Positions 1 through 9,654 of a stretch of DNA of 64,000 nucleotides are shown here, piece after piece. Where the stretch lies: assembly GCA_963777645.1 (NCBI GenBank), contig CAVZRA010000013.1:86514-150513 (forward strand). The letters are read 5' to 3'. A program made the position numbers and the translations under genes. Every line of letters starts with the position of its first letter. Within the stretch, counting starts at the first letter, position 1. Source of the DNA: an uncultured bacterium (GTDB taxonomy: Bacteria > Actinomycetota > Acidimicrobiia > Spongiisociales > UBA5794). The notes under the pieces were generated by a model. That model was not told the DNA's origin. It did no database searches and worked only from the letters and a program-made list of their open reading frames with translations.

Positions 1-36
1 CACCCTCGACCGCGCCCTCGAGCTTCTCCAATAGCC

Positions 37-1182
37 GTGCTGCCTCTGTCCGGGATCCTCGTGGCCGATTTCTCGCGTGTGCTTGCCGCGCCGCTGGTCA
101 CCATGCAGCTCGCCGATCTCGGAGCCGACGTGATCAAGGTCGAGCGGCCCGGGCCAGGAGACGACACAAGGACTTGGGGACCCCCGTGGGCACCGGATGG
201 AACATCGACGTACTACCTGGGGCTCAACCGGGGCAAGCGCTCGGTGATCCTAGATCTCGACGACCAGACAGATCTCGAGCTCGCTCGACGACTCGCACGG
301 CGCGCCGACGTGATCGTTGAGAATTTTCGCACAGGCTTCATGGATGATTTGGGACTCGGCTACGAGAAGATCACCGCCGCCAACCCGGGCGTGGTCTACT
401 GCTCGATCTCGGGATTCGGAACGGAGGGCTCCACGTCCGGATTCCCCGGGTACGACCTGCTCGTGCAAGCAATGAGTGGAATCATGAGCATTACCGGCCC
501 CTCAGCTGAATCCCCCACCAAGATCGGCGCCGCCGTCGCCGACATGGTTGCTGGTCTCTATGCGACAATCGGGGTCATGGCCGCACTCTACGAACGCGCA
601 ACGACTGGATACGGCAAACGAGTCGAAGTGTCCCTGTTCGACGCGGCTCTCAACGCCCTGCTCAACCAGGGATCAGCATACTTGAATGCCGGGATCGTTC
701 CGACTGCCCAGGGCAATCGGCACCCGTCGATCGCCCCATATGAGGCATTCCGAGCAGCGGACCGCGAATTCGTCCTTGCCGCTGCCAACGACAAACTCTG
801 GCTGATCACGTGTCGGGTTCTCGGTCGCGACGACCTCGCCTCAGACGTCCGCTTTGTCACCAACGCCAAGCGGCGGGTCAATGTCGCCGCGCTCGTGAAC
901 GAACTCAACGCCTCCTTCGCCACCCAGCCCGCCGACTACTGGATCGAGCAGTTGCGTGCAGACGGCGTGCCTGCCGGACCGATCAACCACATCGACGAAG
1001 CGTTCGAGTGGGCGACCGCCGCAGGTATCGACGCGAGCGTCACATACGAAGCGACCGGGGCCAGCGTCGTCAGGTCGCCTATCCGGATCGAAGGTAACCC
1101 GACCACCTCTCCCATCCCACCACCCGATCTCGACGAACAGGGAGACGCCATCAGGAAATGGCTGTCTCAGGAGAGTCCCTGA
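37..1182 (+). CDS. Class III CoA-transferase (CaiB/BaiF family)
   Basis: 381-aa ORF with a GTG start. The N-terminus 'GILVADFSRVLAAPLVTMQLADLGADVIKVE' and 'DVIVENFR' are typical of family III CoA-transferases. Confidence 0.8.
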   Translation: MLPLSGILVADFSRVLAAPLVTMQLADLGADVIKVERPGPGDDTRTWGPPWAPDGTSTYYLGLNRGKRSVILDLDDQTDLELARRLARRADVIVENFRTGFMDDLGLGYEKITAANPGVVYCSISGFGTEGSTSGFPGYDLLVQAMSGIMSITGPSAESPTKIGAAVADMVAGLYATIGVMAALYERATTGYGKRVEVSLFDAALNALLNQGSAYLNAGIVPTAQGNRHPSIAPYEAFRAADREFVLAAANDKLWLITCRVLGRDDLASDVRFVTNAKRRVNVAALVNELNASFATQPADYWIEQLRADGVPAGPINHIDEAFEWATAAGIDASVTYEATGASVVRSPIRIEGNPTTSPIPPPDLDEQGDAIRKWLSQESP

Positions 1183-1766
1183 TCGCCCAGCGCCCGTTCA
1201 TAGTCGGAACGAGTATTGATGTCGACCGGCGCCATCATGGGGAACGGGATGCCGAGCACATCACCGGCAGCGGACTCGAGGAATCGCCAGACACCGTGCG
1301 GTCCCTCGACGTTCGCCGCCTTGCGCAGCGCTTCTGCCGAGAAGAGCAACGGGTGGGCAGGCCCATCGGTGTAGACCGACCACGCTGCCCACGGCTTGTG
1401 CTGATGCCATTCGTCCACCAGCCTGTTGATCATCGTGGTGGTGACACCGGGCATGTCGGCGAGGAGCACAACGACGGCGGCACACTCCCCCAGCGCCGTG
1501 GCGCCGGTGTGGAACGAGGACATGTTCCCCGACTCGAAGTGCGGGTTGTGAACGGTCTCAGCCCGTCCCCCGGCAACCTCGGCAGCGACTTCATCGGCTC
1601 GATGCCCGGTAATGACCACAATGCGGTCTAGATGAGAAGCCTCCGCGGCGGCAACGGTCACGGCAACCACGGTGCGCGCTCCAAGTGGGAGCAGCTGCTT
1701 GGGAAGCGACCCATCCATCCGCTCCGAAAGGCCCGCCGCCAGCACCATTCCCCCGACGTCACACAT
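1167..1766 (-). CDS. mocA: MobA/MocA-like nucleotidyltransferase (YgfJ-family molybdenum hydroxylase accessory protein)
   Basis: 'MVLAAGLSERMDG..PKQLLPLG' is an NTP-transferase N-terminus, followed by 'LLADMPGV'. ATG 1766 has an AAGG-type RBS about 7 nt upstream; ATG 1748 or 1811 are also possible. The gene is divergent from yqeB. Confidence 0.75.
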   Translation of the reverse strand: MCDVGGMVLAAGLSERMDGSLPKQLLPLGARTVVAVTVAAAEASHLDRIVVITGHRADEVAAEVAGGRAETVHNPHFESGNMSSFHTGATALGECAAVVVLLADMPGVTTTMINRLVDEWHQHKPWAAWSVYTDGPAHPLLFSAEALRKAANVEGPHGVWRFLESAAGDVLGIPFPMMAPVDINTRSDYERALGDQGLS

Positions 1767-1990
1767 CACATCGCCTTCATGCCAGCACGAGAGCAGACCT
1801 GCAGACTGCACCCCGTGATCTCTCCGTTGCGAGCCGAACGATAATCGTGAAGGGTGGCAGCTTCGGTGTCACTACGTGTCCGGGCCATGGAGCCAACTAG
1901 TCTATGGGACCGCCCCGGAATACGTCGTCGGCGACGGGCGTCAACCAGGACGCAACACCGTGACATTCGCCGCTTGGGGAAGGAGCATCG

Positions 1991-2800
1991 ATGTTGTTCG
2001 GCGACCATCTCGTCGTGTTTCGAGGAGGAGGCGATCTCGCCACGGGGGCGATCTACCGCCTACGGCATGCCGGTTTCCCCGTGCTCGTGCTGGAACTACC
2101 GCAACCGCACGCGATCCGACGTAGCGTCGCAGTTGCCACCGCCGTTGTTGACGGAAGGGCTCTGATCGAGGATCTCGATGCCATTCTCATCGACGATATC
2201 GACGAGGCGCTCGAGGTCGCTCGCTCTGGCGCCGTTCCCGTGCTCGTCAGCCCGGTGTTGCTCCAGCTCCCCTGGCAACCCTCGGTCGTCATCGATGCCC
2301 GTCATGTCAAGGTGAATGTCGATACGACCATCAACGACGCCCCGCTGGTAATCGGTCTCGGCCCCGGCTTCACGGCCGGATTTGATTCTCATGCTGTGAT
2401 CGAGACCATGCGCGGCCACTTCCTGGGAAGGGTCATCTGGGAGGGCGCGCCAAGCGACAACCCCGCCCAGCTCGACCTGCCGGGCACAAAGCCATCGGAG
2501 CGGATCGTGAGGGCACCCACATTCGGCATCCTCAGTTGGAAGGTCGCCATCGGTGATTTCGTCGGCACCGGCGACGTGCTCGGCGACATAAACGGGGTCC
2601 CGGTGCGGTCCCGGCTCGGTGGTGTGGTGCGGGGACAACTTCCTGCAGGCTATGAGGTCGAGTGGAATTGGAAGATCGCCGAGGTCGACCCGCACGCCGA
2701 TACGAGTGCCTGTTTCGAGATCTCCTACGAGGCTCTAGCCGTCGGTGGTGGCGTAGTCGAGGCGGTGCTCACCTGGCTCAACGAGCCCACGTCCCGGTGA
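1991..2800 (+). CDS. yqeB: YqeB-family selenium-dependent molybdenum hydroxylase system protein
   Basis: 269 aa, with a GGAG RBS before ATG 1991. 'VVFRGGGDLATGAIYRLRHAGFPVLVLE' and the overall length match my recollection of the YqeB/EF2563 family. The gene is followed by yqeC with a GTGA overlap. Confidence 0.75.
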   Translation: MLFGDHLVVFRGGGDLATGAIYRLRHAGFPVLVLELPQPHAIRRSVAVATAVVDGRALIEDLDAILIDDIDEALEVARSGAVPVLVSPVLLQLPWQPSVVIDARHVKVNVDTTINDAPLVIGLGPGFTAGFDSHAVIETMRGHFLGRVIWEGAPSDNPAQLDLPGTKPSERIVRAPTFGILSWKVAIGDFVGTGDVLGDINGVPVRSRLGGVVRGQLPAGYEVEWNWKIAEVDPHADTSACFEISYEALAVGGGVVEAVLTWLNEPTSR

Positions 2801-3522
2801 TTTCCCTCGAGCGGCTCCTCGGGATCGGTGGTCACGAGCTGGTTTCGCTCATCGGGGGTGGTGGCAAGTCAACCCTCCTGTTTGCCCTCGGAGACGAGCT
2901 CGCAGGCAGGGGAGCACGGGTCATCCTCACCACAACTACGAAGATGGGCAGGGAACAAGCGCTCACCGCTCCGGTGATTTGCTGGTCGGCGGAGATGGAG
3001 TGCGCCACAGATGCGCTTGCCGGTGACGGCCCCGTGATGCTGGTGACCGGGGGCGACGACCACAAGGTCACAGGTCCGTCGCCCGATGTCGTCGACCGGC
3101 TGTTCGCCGAATCTGGTGCCGACTATGTCATCGTCGAGGCCGATGGCTCCAGAGGAAGGCCGCTGAAGGCGCCGGCCGCACACGAACCGGTGGTACCGGC
3201 GACGACAACGATGGTCGTTATCTTGATGGGCATCGACGCGATCGGCAAGCCACTTGCGGAGGCGACCCATCGCGTCGAGCAGGCCATCGCATTCAGTGGC
3301 CTGCTCCCGCACCACGTGCTAACCGTTGCGGACTGTGCCCACATACTCACCCACCCGAACGGGCTGCTGCGGGCATGCCCGGAAGCGGCGAGAGTCGTCA
3401 TCGGGATAACCAAGGTCGGCCAGACGGAGCAGGCGATTGCCGCCGAGTTGCGTCGGCGGCTACTCGACCACCCGCGTATCTCCGATGTCGTCGTGTTCGG
3501 GCGACCCATGCGCCCGTCGTGA
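2797..3522 (+). CDS. yqeC: YqeC-family selenium cofactor biosynthesis / hydroxylase accessory protein
   Basis: P-loop 'LIGGGGKSTLLFAL' and 'DYVIVEADGSRGRPLKAP'. GTG 2797 overlaps the yqeB stop (GTGA). The upstream extension of the tracked ORF (from 2662) lies inside yqeB and is rejected. Confidence 0.75.
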   Translation: MISLERLLGIGGHELVSLIGGGGKSTLLFALGDELAGRGARVILTTTTKMGREQALTAPVICWSAEMECATDALAGDGPVMLVTGGDDHKVTGPSPDVVDRLFAESGADYVIVEADGSRGRPLKAPAAHEPVVPATTTMVVILMGIDAIGKPLAEATHRVEQAIAFSGLLPHHVLTVADCAHILTHPNGLLRACPEAARVVIGITKVGQTEQAIAAELRRRLLDHPRISDVVVFGRPMRPS

Positions 3523-3538
3523 CAAAAGAGGGCCCCTG

Positions 3539-6202
3539 CTAGCCGAACGCTCTTCTCAGGAAGGCTGCCATCTGGCCACGAGTGACGTAGCTGGTAGGGC
3601 AGAACCGGTCATTCGCAGGTGGATTGCAGCCCCTGGTAATACCGGCGGTTGCCAGTTTCTCGATGCTCGACTCGAAAGCCAAACCGTCATCGTCAACGAA
3701 GTCATGAGACCCCTGATCACTGAGACCCAGTGCTCTCACCAGGAAGGCCGCCATCTGGCCACGAGTCACGTAGCGGTTGGGGCAGAACCGGTCATTGGCC
3801 GGTGGGTTACAGCCTGCGGTAACCGCGGCAACAGCTAGCTTGTCGATCGCCGCCTCGAAAACCGAACCGTCGTCGTCGACGAAGTAGTCACCGGCACCGG
3901 CATCGGCATACCCGAGCGCACGGACCAGGAATGCGGCCATCTGGCCACGAGTCACGTAACTGTCGGGGCAGTACCGGTCATTGGCCGGTGGGTTACAGCC
4001 ATGAGTGATCCCCGAGCCGGAAAGCCAATCAATGTCCTCCTCGAAGATCAACCCACCCGTATCGATGAAACCCCGGGCTGTTGTGAACGTCGCGGCAGGG
4101 CCAATCGTCTGCTGCTCACCGGAATCAAATGCCTCGACCTCGAAGCGGTACGTGGTGTTCGGCAAGAGACCGGCGACGGTTGCGGTGGTGGCCGTCGTGG
4201 TCTTCACCGCCGTCCCATCCAGATACACCCGATACCCGGCGACCCCGTAGTCGTCTACAGCCGCGGGCCAGGCCAGGGTGATCTGGTCCTTGCGGATACT
4301 CGGCGCCCGCAGCGTCGCGCTCGGCCAGGTAGGCGGATCCGAGATATCGCCAACATCGGAGACGGCGAGACTCAGGGTGCCCGTTGCACCGCTGGAGCCG
4401 CTCGCCTGCACCCAGTAGGTATGGCCGGGGAACACGTCGGCGCTGACCCGGGCGCTTGTGTGGCCTGCGATGTCGTCGTTGCAGGCAAGGGCGGTCAACG
4501 CATCGACCGTCGCGCCCTCGTACAAACCGAGGATCGTGTCAAAGTCACTCCCTGCAGTGTCGATTGTCATCTCGGTCCTGTAGCCGGGCTCGAGGCGATA
4601 CCAGACGGTGGCACCGATGTTATCGACGACACCATCGCTCGGATCGAGACATCGCCGTGGCTCCCCCGACTGCATCGTCGCCCGCACCGTCGACGCCGAT
4701 AAGGAGATCGGAGAGGTCAGCAAAACCGCCTCTTCGAACGGATCATTCTCGGGCCAGGGCAGGTCGAGCCGCGAGAGCGCGTCGGCGACGTCGAGCCTGG
4801 CAATCGACCACGAAGCCGCCGGGATCTCCACCGGCGAGTACTTGATGGCGGCGAGGATGTCTTCCACACCAGCGCTTGGCTTTGCCTCCTTGAGGAGCGC
4901 CCACGCACCCGCAACATGTGGGGCTGCCATCGACGTGCCGTTGTAGCTGGCCCATCCGCCCGGCACCGACGAGTAGATCATCGACCCGGGGGCGATCACA
5001 TCGACCATCTCGCCGATGTTGGAGAAGTCCGAGCGCTCATCGGCTTTGGTGCTGCTGGCGACGGTGACCGCGGTCGAGATACACCCCGGTGCGCTGACAC
5101 CGTCGTTGGCATAGCCGTTGCCTGCGGCGATGACCGTGGCGACACCTGCGCCGAGCAGGTTGTCGATTGCCAGCTTGCGGACGTCCGTGTCACAGGCGGA
5201 CGGGTAGGTCGTCGTACCACCGATGCTCATGTTCACCGAAGCGATGTTGTACGTGTCGCGCACGGCATAGACATACTCGAGCGCCGCCAGCTGGTCGGCG
5301 GTGTAGGCGGCGGCGCCGCCGCCCACATCCGAGAACACCTGGACTGCGACGATATCGGCACCGGGTGCCACTCCGGAAAGACCCGGCGAGTCATAGCCGG
5401 CGGCGATCCCGGCCACATGCGTACCGTGCGGGCAATTGACAGTATCGAAGAGACACGGAGCGGCCGATCCAGGCCCGTGGACGCTTGTCTTCTCGCCGGG
5501 GCAGTCGCCGCCACTGCTGAAACAGGCCTCACCAACAACCCGGCCCGACAGAAATGCGTGGGTACTGTCGACACCGGTGTCGACGATTGCCACCGACTGT
5601 CCTGCACCGTCGTATCCGAGGTCCCACACGTCTGGAGCGTTGATGAGCGGCACCGACTCGCTGAGCACAGCGGTATCGAGCTCATCGAGTTGCACCGTGG
5701 CCGCAAGACCCGACGCCCGCAGACTCGCCAGCGCGGCCGGGTCGAGCTCCAGAGCCAGAGCCGGTATGTACCGGTAGCGGTGCAACACCTTGTAGCCGGC
5801 TGTTCCGAGTGCGCCGATCACCTGTTGCTGCCTTGCATCGATCGTGTCCGCCTGTGACACACGCTCAACGGTTTCGAGCAACTGCCCGGGTGCCCATCGC
5901 ATCTGGAGAGTGACGATCACACGCACTGTCCCATCACGCGTTGCGACGCCGGCGAGCTGGTCGAAACTGTCCGCTGCCGCCACATCGAACCGTGTGTCAC
6001 TGGTCAAGCTCTCACGGCTGATCGCAGACTCTGGCTTGATCACGTCGCCCCCTGGCATCGGCCGGGCAGCGTCAGCCGGCCCAGCCACACCGACCGTGGC
6101 CCCGCCCACGATCAGGAGGACGACGCCGACAACCCCGATAGCTCCGCCGCTACGTTGAGAAATCCGACCCAATCCTTCCCTCCTGAACAGACGTGGGAGC
6201 AT
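3539..6202 (-). CDS. Secreted S8 subtilisin-like serine protease with FN3-like segment and three C-terminal SLH-like wall-anchor repeats
   Basis: Catalytic motifs 'VAIVDTGVDSTH', 'HGTHVAGIAAG' and 'GTSMAAPHVAGAWALL'. There is an N-terminal TM/signal segment. Three repeats of about 60 aa have the form 'GITxGCNPPANDR(F/Y)CPxxYVTRGQMAAFLxRA'. Confidence 0.85.
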   Translation of the reverse strand: MLPRLFRREGLGRISQRSGGAIGVVGVVLLIVGGATVGVAGPADAARPMPGGDVIKPESAISRESLTSDTRFDVAAADSFDQLAGVATRDGTVRVIVTLQMRWAPGQLLETVERVSQADTIDARQQQVIGALGTAGYKVLHRYRYIPALALELDPAALASLRASGLAATVQLDELDTAVLSESVPLINAPDVWDLGYDGAGQSVAIVDTGVDSTHAFLSGRVVGEACFSSGGDCPGEKTSVHGPGSAAPCLFDTVNCPHGTHVAGIAAGYDSPGLSGVAPGADIVAVQVFSDVGGGAAAYTADQLAALEYVYAVRDTYNIASVNMSIGGTTTYPSACDTDVRKLAIDNLLGAGVATVIAAGNGYANDGVSAPGCISTAVTVASSTKADERSDFSNIGEMVDVIAPGSMIYSSVPGGWASYNGTSMAAPHVAGAWALLKEAKPSAGVEDILAAIKYSPVEIPAASWSIARLDVADALSRLDLPWPENDPFEEAVLLTSPISLSASTVRATMQSGEPRRCLDPSDGVVDNIGATVWYRLEPGYRTEMTIDTAGSDFDTILGLYEGATVDALTALACNDDIAGHTSARVSADVFPGHTYWVQASGSSGATGTLSLAVSDVGDISDPPTWPSATLRAPSIRKDQITLAWPAAVDDYGVAGYRVYLDGTAVKTTTATTATVAGLLPNTTYRFEVEAFDSGEQQTIGPAATFTTARGFIDTGGLIFEEDIDWLSGSGITHGCNPPANDRYCPDSYVTRGQMAAFLVRALGYADAGAGDYFVDDDGSVFEAAIDKLAVAAVTAGCNPPANDRFCPNRYVTRGQMAAFLVRALGLSDQGSHDFVDDDGLAFESSIEKLATAGITRGCNPPANDRFCPTSYVTRGQMAAFLRRAFG

Positions 6203-7425
6203 ACCGTCGACGGGTACCGCACCTTCTCTACTATGACCGGGTGCGCTTGCTCATCCGCCTTGCCGTCGTGTTCATGGTATCGACCGCTTTCAGCCCTCTG
6301 TTGAGCGCGGCGGCGGCACTACCGCCGGGCGGGACCTTCGTCGATGACGACGCATCGCAGCACCAGGGGGCAATCGAAGCCATCTCAGCAGCAGGTATCA
6401 CCTACGGGTGCAACCCGCCGGACAACGACCGATTCTGCCCGAACGATCCGGTCACGAGAGGGCAGATGGCGGCGTTCCTGGCACGCGCCCTCGACCTTTC
6501 GTCGGCGCCGCAGGCGGGTTTCACCGACACCGCCGACTCAGTGTTCTCAACCGATATCGACAGGCTCGCCGCAGCAGGCATCACCTACGGGTGCAACCCG
6601 CCGGAGAACGACCGATTCTGCCCGAACGATCCGGTCACGAGAGGGCAGATGGCGGCGTTCCTGGCACGCGCCCTGAAAATCCCGGTCGTCGTCGGTGACA
6701 CGTTCATCGATATCGATGGCTCGCCGTTCCGGGGAGCCATCGCGGCCATCCACGGCGCCGGGCTCACGACCGGGTGTAATCCCCCGGAGAACGACCGATT
6801 CTGCCCGAACGATGCGATTTCCCGGGCGCAGATGGCGACTTTTCTCAGTCGTGCGCTCGATCTCACCCCGATATCGGTCACCCCGAGGCGATACCAGGTA
6901 GCGGTGATCGGTCGGGATGGGTGGGGAGCTGCGCCGCCGCGCGGTACATTTGCCCCCAACGAGATCGAGCACATCACGATCCACCACTCCGACACGTCGG
7001 GCGGCGTAACAGGGCCGGCACAGTTCCGTTCGTGGCAGCAGTGGCACTTCCACCTTGGTTGGCCCGACATCGCATATCACTTCATCATCGGGCGCGATGG
7101 GAAGGTCTATGAAGGTCGGCCGTACACCGCCGTCGGCGATACCGCCACCGAATACGACCCGACCGGCCACCTCCTGATCGTCCTCGAGGGTGACTTCAAC
7201 ATCGAAACACCGACCGATGCTCAGCTCGAGATGTTGGCGGAGATGGTCGCCTGGGGCTCGATGCAGTTCAATGTGGACGTGGCGACGATCCAGGGCCATC
7301 GCGATCTCGCCGCGACCAGTTGCCCGGGGGACAACCTCTATGCACGCATCACCGACGGCTCGATCGCAGGGCGGGCAGCAGAGATCCTCGCCGCAGGTGG
7401 CATCACCCTCGACGTGCAGCCGTAA
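6193..7425 (+). CDS. Cell-wall amidase (amidase_2/PGRP domain) with three N-terminal SLH-like repeats
   Basis: Signal-like N-terminus and three 'GITYGCNPPxNDRFCPNDxxTRGQMAAFLARAL' repeats. The C-terminal motifs are 'ITIHHSDT', 'WPDIAYHFIIGRDGKVYEGR' and 'GHRDLAATSCPG'. The start is ambiguous: GTG 6193 overlaps the protease start, and in-frame GTG 6241 is also plausible. Confidence 0.8.
   Translation: MGAYRRRVPHLLYYDRVRLLIRLAVVFMVSTAFSPLLSAAAALPPGGTFVDDDASQHQGAIEAISAAGITYGCNPPDNDRFCPNDPVTRGQMAAFLARALDLSSAPQAGFTDTADSVFSTDIDRLAAAGITYGCNPPENDRFCPNDPVTRGQMAAFLARALKIPVVVGDTFIDIDGSPFRGAIAAIHGAGLTTGCNPPENDRFCPNDAISRAQMATFLSRALDLTPISVTPRRYQVAVIGRDGWGAAPPRGTFAPNEIEHITIHHSDTSGGVTGPAQFRSWQQWHFHLGWPDIAYHFIIGRDGKVYEGRPYTAVGDTATEYDPTGHLLIVLEGDFNIETPTDAQLEMLAEMVAWGSMQFNVDVATIQGHRDLAATSCPGDNLYARITDGSIAGRAAEILAAGGITLDVQP
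6388..6674 (+). repeat. Near-identical 104-bp direct repeat (6388-6491 and 6571-6674, 183-bp period) inside the amidase gene
   Basis: The two copies differ at 2 of 104 positions by my alignment (t/c at 6396, c/g at 6426). They encode SLH-like repeats 1 and 2. Confidence 0.8.
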
Positions 7426-7443
7426 CGCATCGCCGTTGCATCG

Positions 7444-7836
7444 TCACGGATCGACCAGATCGCCCGGATCCGGCGGCACGTCGACCGCATATCGCTCCAG
7501 CACCCCCAGGGGAACGATGTCGAGCACATTCTCATGGGTGGCGGCAAGGACTACAGGGGAGGCAGCACCGTCGAGGTGAGCGCGCAACCAGTTAGGCGCG
7601 GTGACGCACCACCTGTCGCCCGGCTCGAGACCCGGGAAGTGATACTCGGGCATCGGGGTGATCAGATCGTTGCCAATCCGCCTCTGATGCTCGAGAAATT
7701 CCCGGCTCACGACGGCGCAGATGGTGTGGCTGCCCCGATCGCCGGGACCGGTGCGACACGATCCGTCCCGAAACCAGCCGGTCAGGGGATCCATGCTGCA
7801 CTGCTCCAGCTCCCCACCGATGACGTTCTTCTCCAT
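7444..7836 (-). CDS. DUF2237 family protein
   Basis: 'GGELEQCSMDPLTGWFRDGSCRTGPGDRGSHTICA...FLEHQRRIGNDL' resembles DUF2237. The ATG at 7836 removes an Arg/Ser-rich unlikely N-terminal extension. Confidence 0.65.
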   Translation of the reverse strand: MEKNVIGGELEQCSMDPLTGWFRDGSCRTGPGDRGSHTICAVVSREFLEHQRRIGNDLITPMPEYHFPGLEPGDRWCVTAPNWLRAHLDGAASPVVLAATHENVLDIVPLGVLERYAVDVPPDPGDLVDP

Positions 7837-7912
7837 ATGGCGATTCAGGCTATCAGCACCCGTGATCGACAGTTCGCCACTGAGCGATAATGGCTGAAAT
7901 AGGAGGTACACA

Positions 7913-8224
7913 ATGAGCGTCGTCAAGATAAACGCGATCTCGGTTCCCGAGGGTGCCGGGAGCGAGCTGGAGAAGCGGTTCGCCGCCCGTTTGGGCGCGG
8001 TTGAGAATATGCCGGGATTCGAGGGTTTCGAGCTCCTGCGCCCCACCAAGGGTGAAGATCGCTACTTCGTATACACCCGCTGGACCACAGAGAAGGACTT
8101 TCAGAACTGGCTCAACTCCCAGCAGTTCCAACACGGGCACACCGGCGACGCCAATGCATCGGAGCGACCGCCGGTCAGCTCGGGCTCTGCCCTTCTCGAG
8201 TTCGAGGTCGTTGAGCGAGTGTGA
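7913..8224 (+). CDS. Antibiotic-biosynthesis-monooxygenase (ABM) fold protein, IsdG/MhuD-like
   Basis: 103 aa, with a GGAGG RBS before ATG 7913. 'GFEGFELLRP...YFVYTRWTTEKDFQNW' is typical of ABM domains. Confidence 0.7.
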   Translation: MSVVKINAISVPEGAGSELEKRFAARLGAVENMPGFEGFELLRPTKGEDRYFVYTRWTTEKDFQNWLNSQQFQHGHTGDANASERPPVSSGSALLEFEVVERV

Positions 8225-8241
8225 GCAACCGCAAGTAGCAG

Positions 8242-8718
8242 CTACAGCGACTGGATGTAGGCGATGAGGGCGTTGATGTCATCATCGGTGAGCGTATCCC
8301 CAAACGTCTGCGGCATGATGTCCGGGCTGAACCCCGCAACGATATCGGCGTTCGGGTCAACAATCGACTGGCGGAGATAGGCAGCGTCGCGCGTCGCGCC
8401 GAGCCCCTTCCAGCTAGGCCCGGTGCCATCAACACCGTTCGTCGAGTGGCAGGCAACACAACCGTTGCTGGTCGCAAGCTCCTCGCCCATCGCCACGAGC
8501 GGATCGACAACAACGGGTTCACTGTTCACAGGTGCGGTCGTCGGCGAGCTCAAGACCTCGTCGACGGCAGGTATCACTGCGCTGGCCGCACCGATGACAA
8601 TCAGCGCCACCAAAGCACCCCCGGCCAGACCAAAGATGGCGCCGAACAGTAAGTAAGACCTGTGCGTCTCTTTCTCGGGAGCCGCCTCGACACTGTCTGG
8701 GACGCCGTTCTCTGTCAT
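8242..8718 (-). CDS. Membrane-anchored class I c-type cytochrome
   Basis: Single CXXCH motif ('CVACHS') and an N-terminal TM helix 'LLFGAIFGLAGGALVALIVIGAA'. ATG 8718 is preceded by a GGAG RBS. Confidence 0.75.
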   Translation of the reverse strand: MTENGVPDSVEAAPEKETHRSYLLFGAIFGLAGGALVALIVIGAASAVIPAVDEVLSSPTTAPVNSEPVVVDPLVAMGEELATSNGCVACHSTNGVDGTGPSWKGLGATRDAAYLRQSIVDPNADIVAGFSPDIMPQTFGDTLTDDDINALIAYIQSL

Positions 8719-8852
8719 GTGCTCTCCACCGCCGTTGCCGGGACTCAACGCGGCAGAGAATAGTGCTGCTCGATGTGTCGTCCTTCAGACCTCGCACCGC
8801 GTCGAAACGATTAGGGTTCGTGTTGCTCAGGCTACGACACGAGGATGTGCCT

Positions 8853-8954
8853 ATGACCGAAAGAGGCAAGCGGGAATCACTCCTTCTCGGCGTGATCGCC
8901 GGTGCCATCATCGCCATCGTGATCGTGGTGCCCCTGATTGCCTTGAACCTCTGA
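8853..8954 (+). CDS. Possible 33-aa single-TM small protein
   Basis: ATG 8853 lies 8 nt after GAGGA. The product 'MTERGKRESLLLGVIAGAIIAIVIVVPLIALNL' is one hydrophobic helix. There is no homology support. Confidence 0.25.
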   Translation: MTERGKRESLLLGVIAGAIIAIVIVVPLIALNL

Positions 8955-9244
8955 GCAGAGGCCCGTCACAGCTCGGCGAGCGGGGCAAACCAGGCGAGTC
9001 CACGGGTCCCCCCTCGGATCCCGTGAACTCATTTCTCGGCACTAGCCCTGCCGATTCCGGACAGGCCTGCACTCTTAGCGGTACAGTCACCCACTACGCC
9101 TGACCGTTGACCCATCCGCATGGTAAACGCAGATACGTGCATATCAAGTTGATGACACAGAGACCGACACACGGCTGGCCATCAATAGCCAACACGATTC
9201 GACGGAGCGGCGCCCAAGCGAGCAGAATCAGCTGCTTATCGAGA

Positions 9245-9271
9245 ACCACTCACCGAGGACCACTCACCGAG
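9245..9271 (+). repeat. Tandem 13-bp direct repeat ACCACTCACCGAG x2 just upstream of padR
   Basis: Copies at 9245-9257 and 9259-9271. The repeat ends 15 nt before the TTG start at 9286. Confidence 0.6.
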
Positions 9272-9285
9272 AACCAGGAGACGAC

Positions 9286-9654
9286 TTGAGACGCAAAGCA
9301 GGCACCAGCCTGGTACGCAACGAGCTCCGCTTGCTACTAACCGCGGCGGATTTGCTGACTGCAGGTACCGAGCGGTTCCATGGCTACGATCTGGCTCGCA
9401 ACCTCGCGGCAACCGAGCAGTCGGGCTCACTCATGTCACAACCGACGCTCTATCGATCCCTTCGCCGTCTCGAAGAGCGTGGTGCCCTCACGAGCGAGTG
9501 GGAGAGCCTGGAAGATGCTTCGGCGAACGGGCGCGAAGGACGCCCCCGCCGCTATTACCGGATCACAAACGCAGGCATCGAACTGGCCGAGGCCGAGTTG
9601 CAGATCCACCAGCTTCGCTGGGTGGGAGGCAGGTTGGTGCCGGCGACCAGCTAA
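9286..9654 (+). CDS. PadR-family transcriptional regulator
   Basis: Winged-helix signature 'GYDLARNL...QPTLYRSLRRLEERGALTSEWE...GRPRRYYRITNAG'. TTG start. Confidence 0.85.
   Translation: MRRKAGTSLVRNELRLLLTAADLLTAGTERFHGYDLARNLAATEQSGSLMSQPTLYRSLRRLEERGALTSEWESLEDASANGREGRPRRYYRITNAGIELAEAELQIHQLRWVGGRLVPATS

Noticed and set aside
1213-1218. Isolated TATTGA or TCAATA half-sites (for example 1213-1218 inside mocA, 58433-58438 after the BMP gene and 9182-9187).
   Set aside because: No matching partner half lies at the 5-nt spacing, so they are not counted as operator sites.
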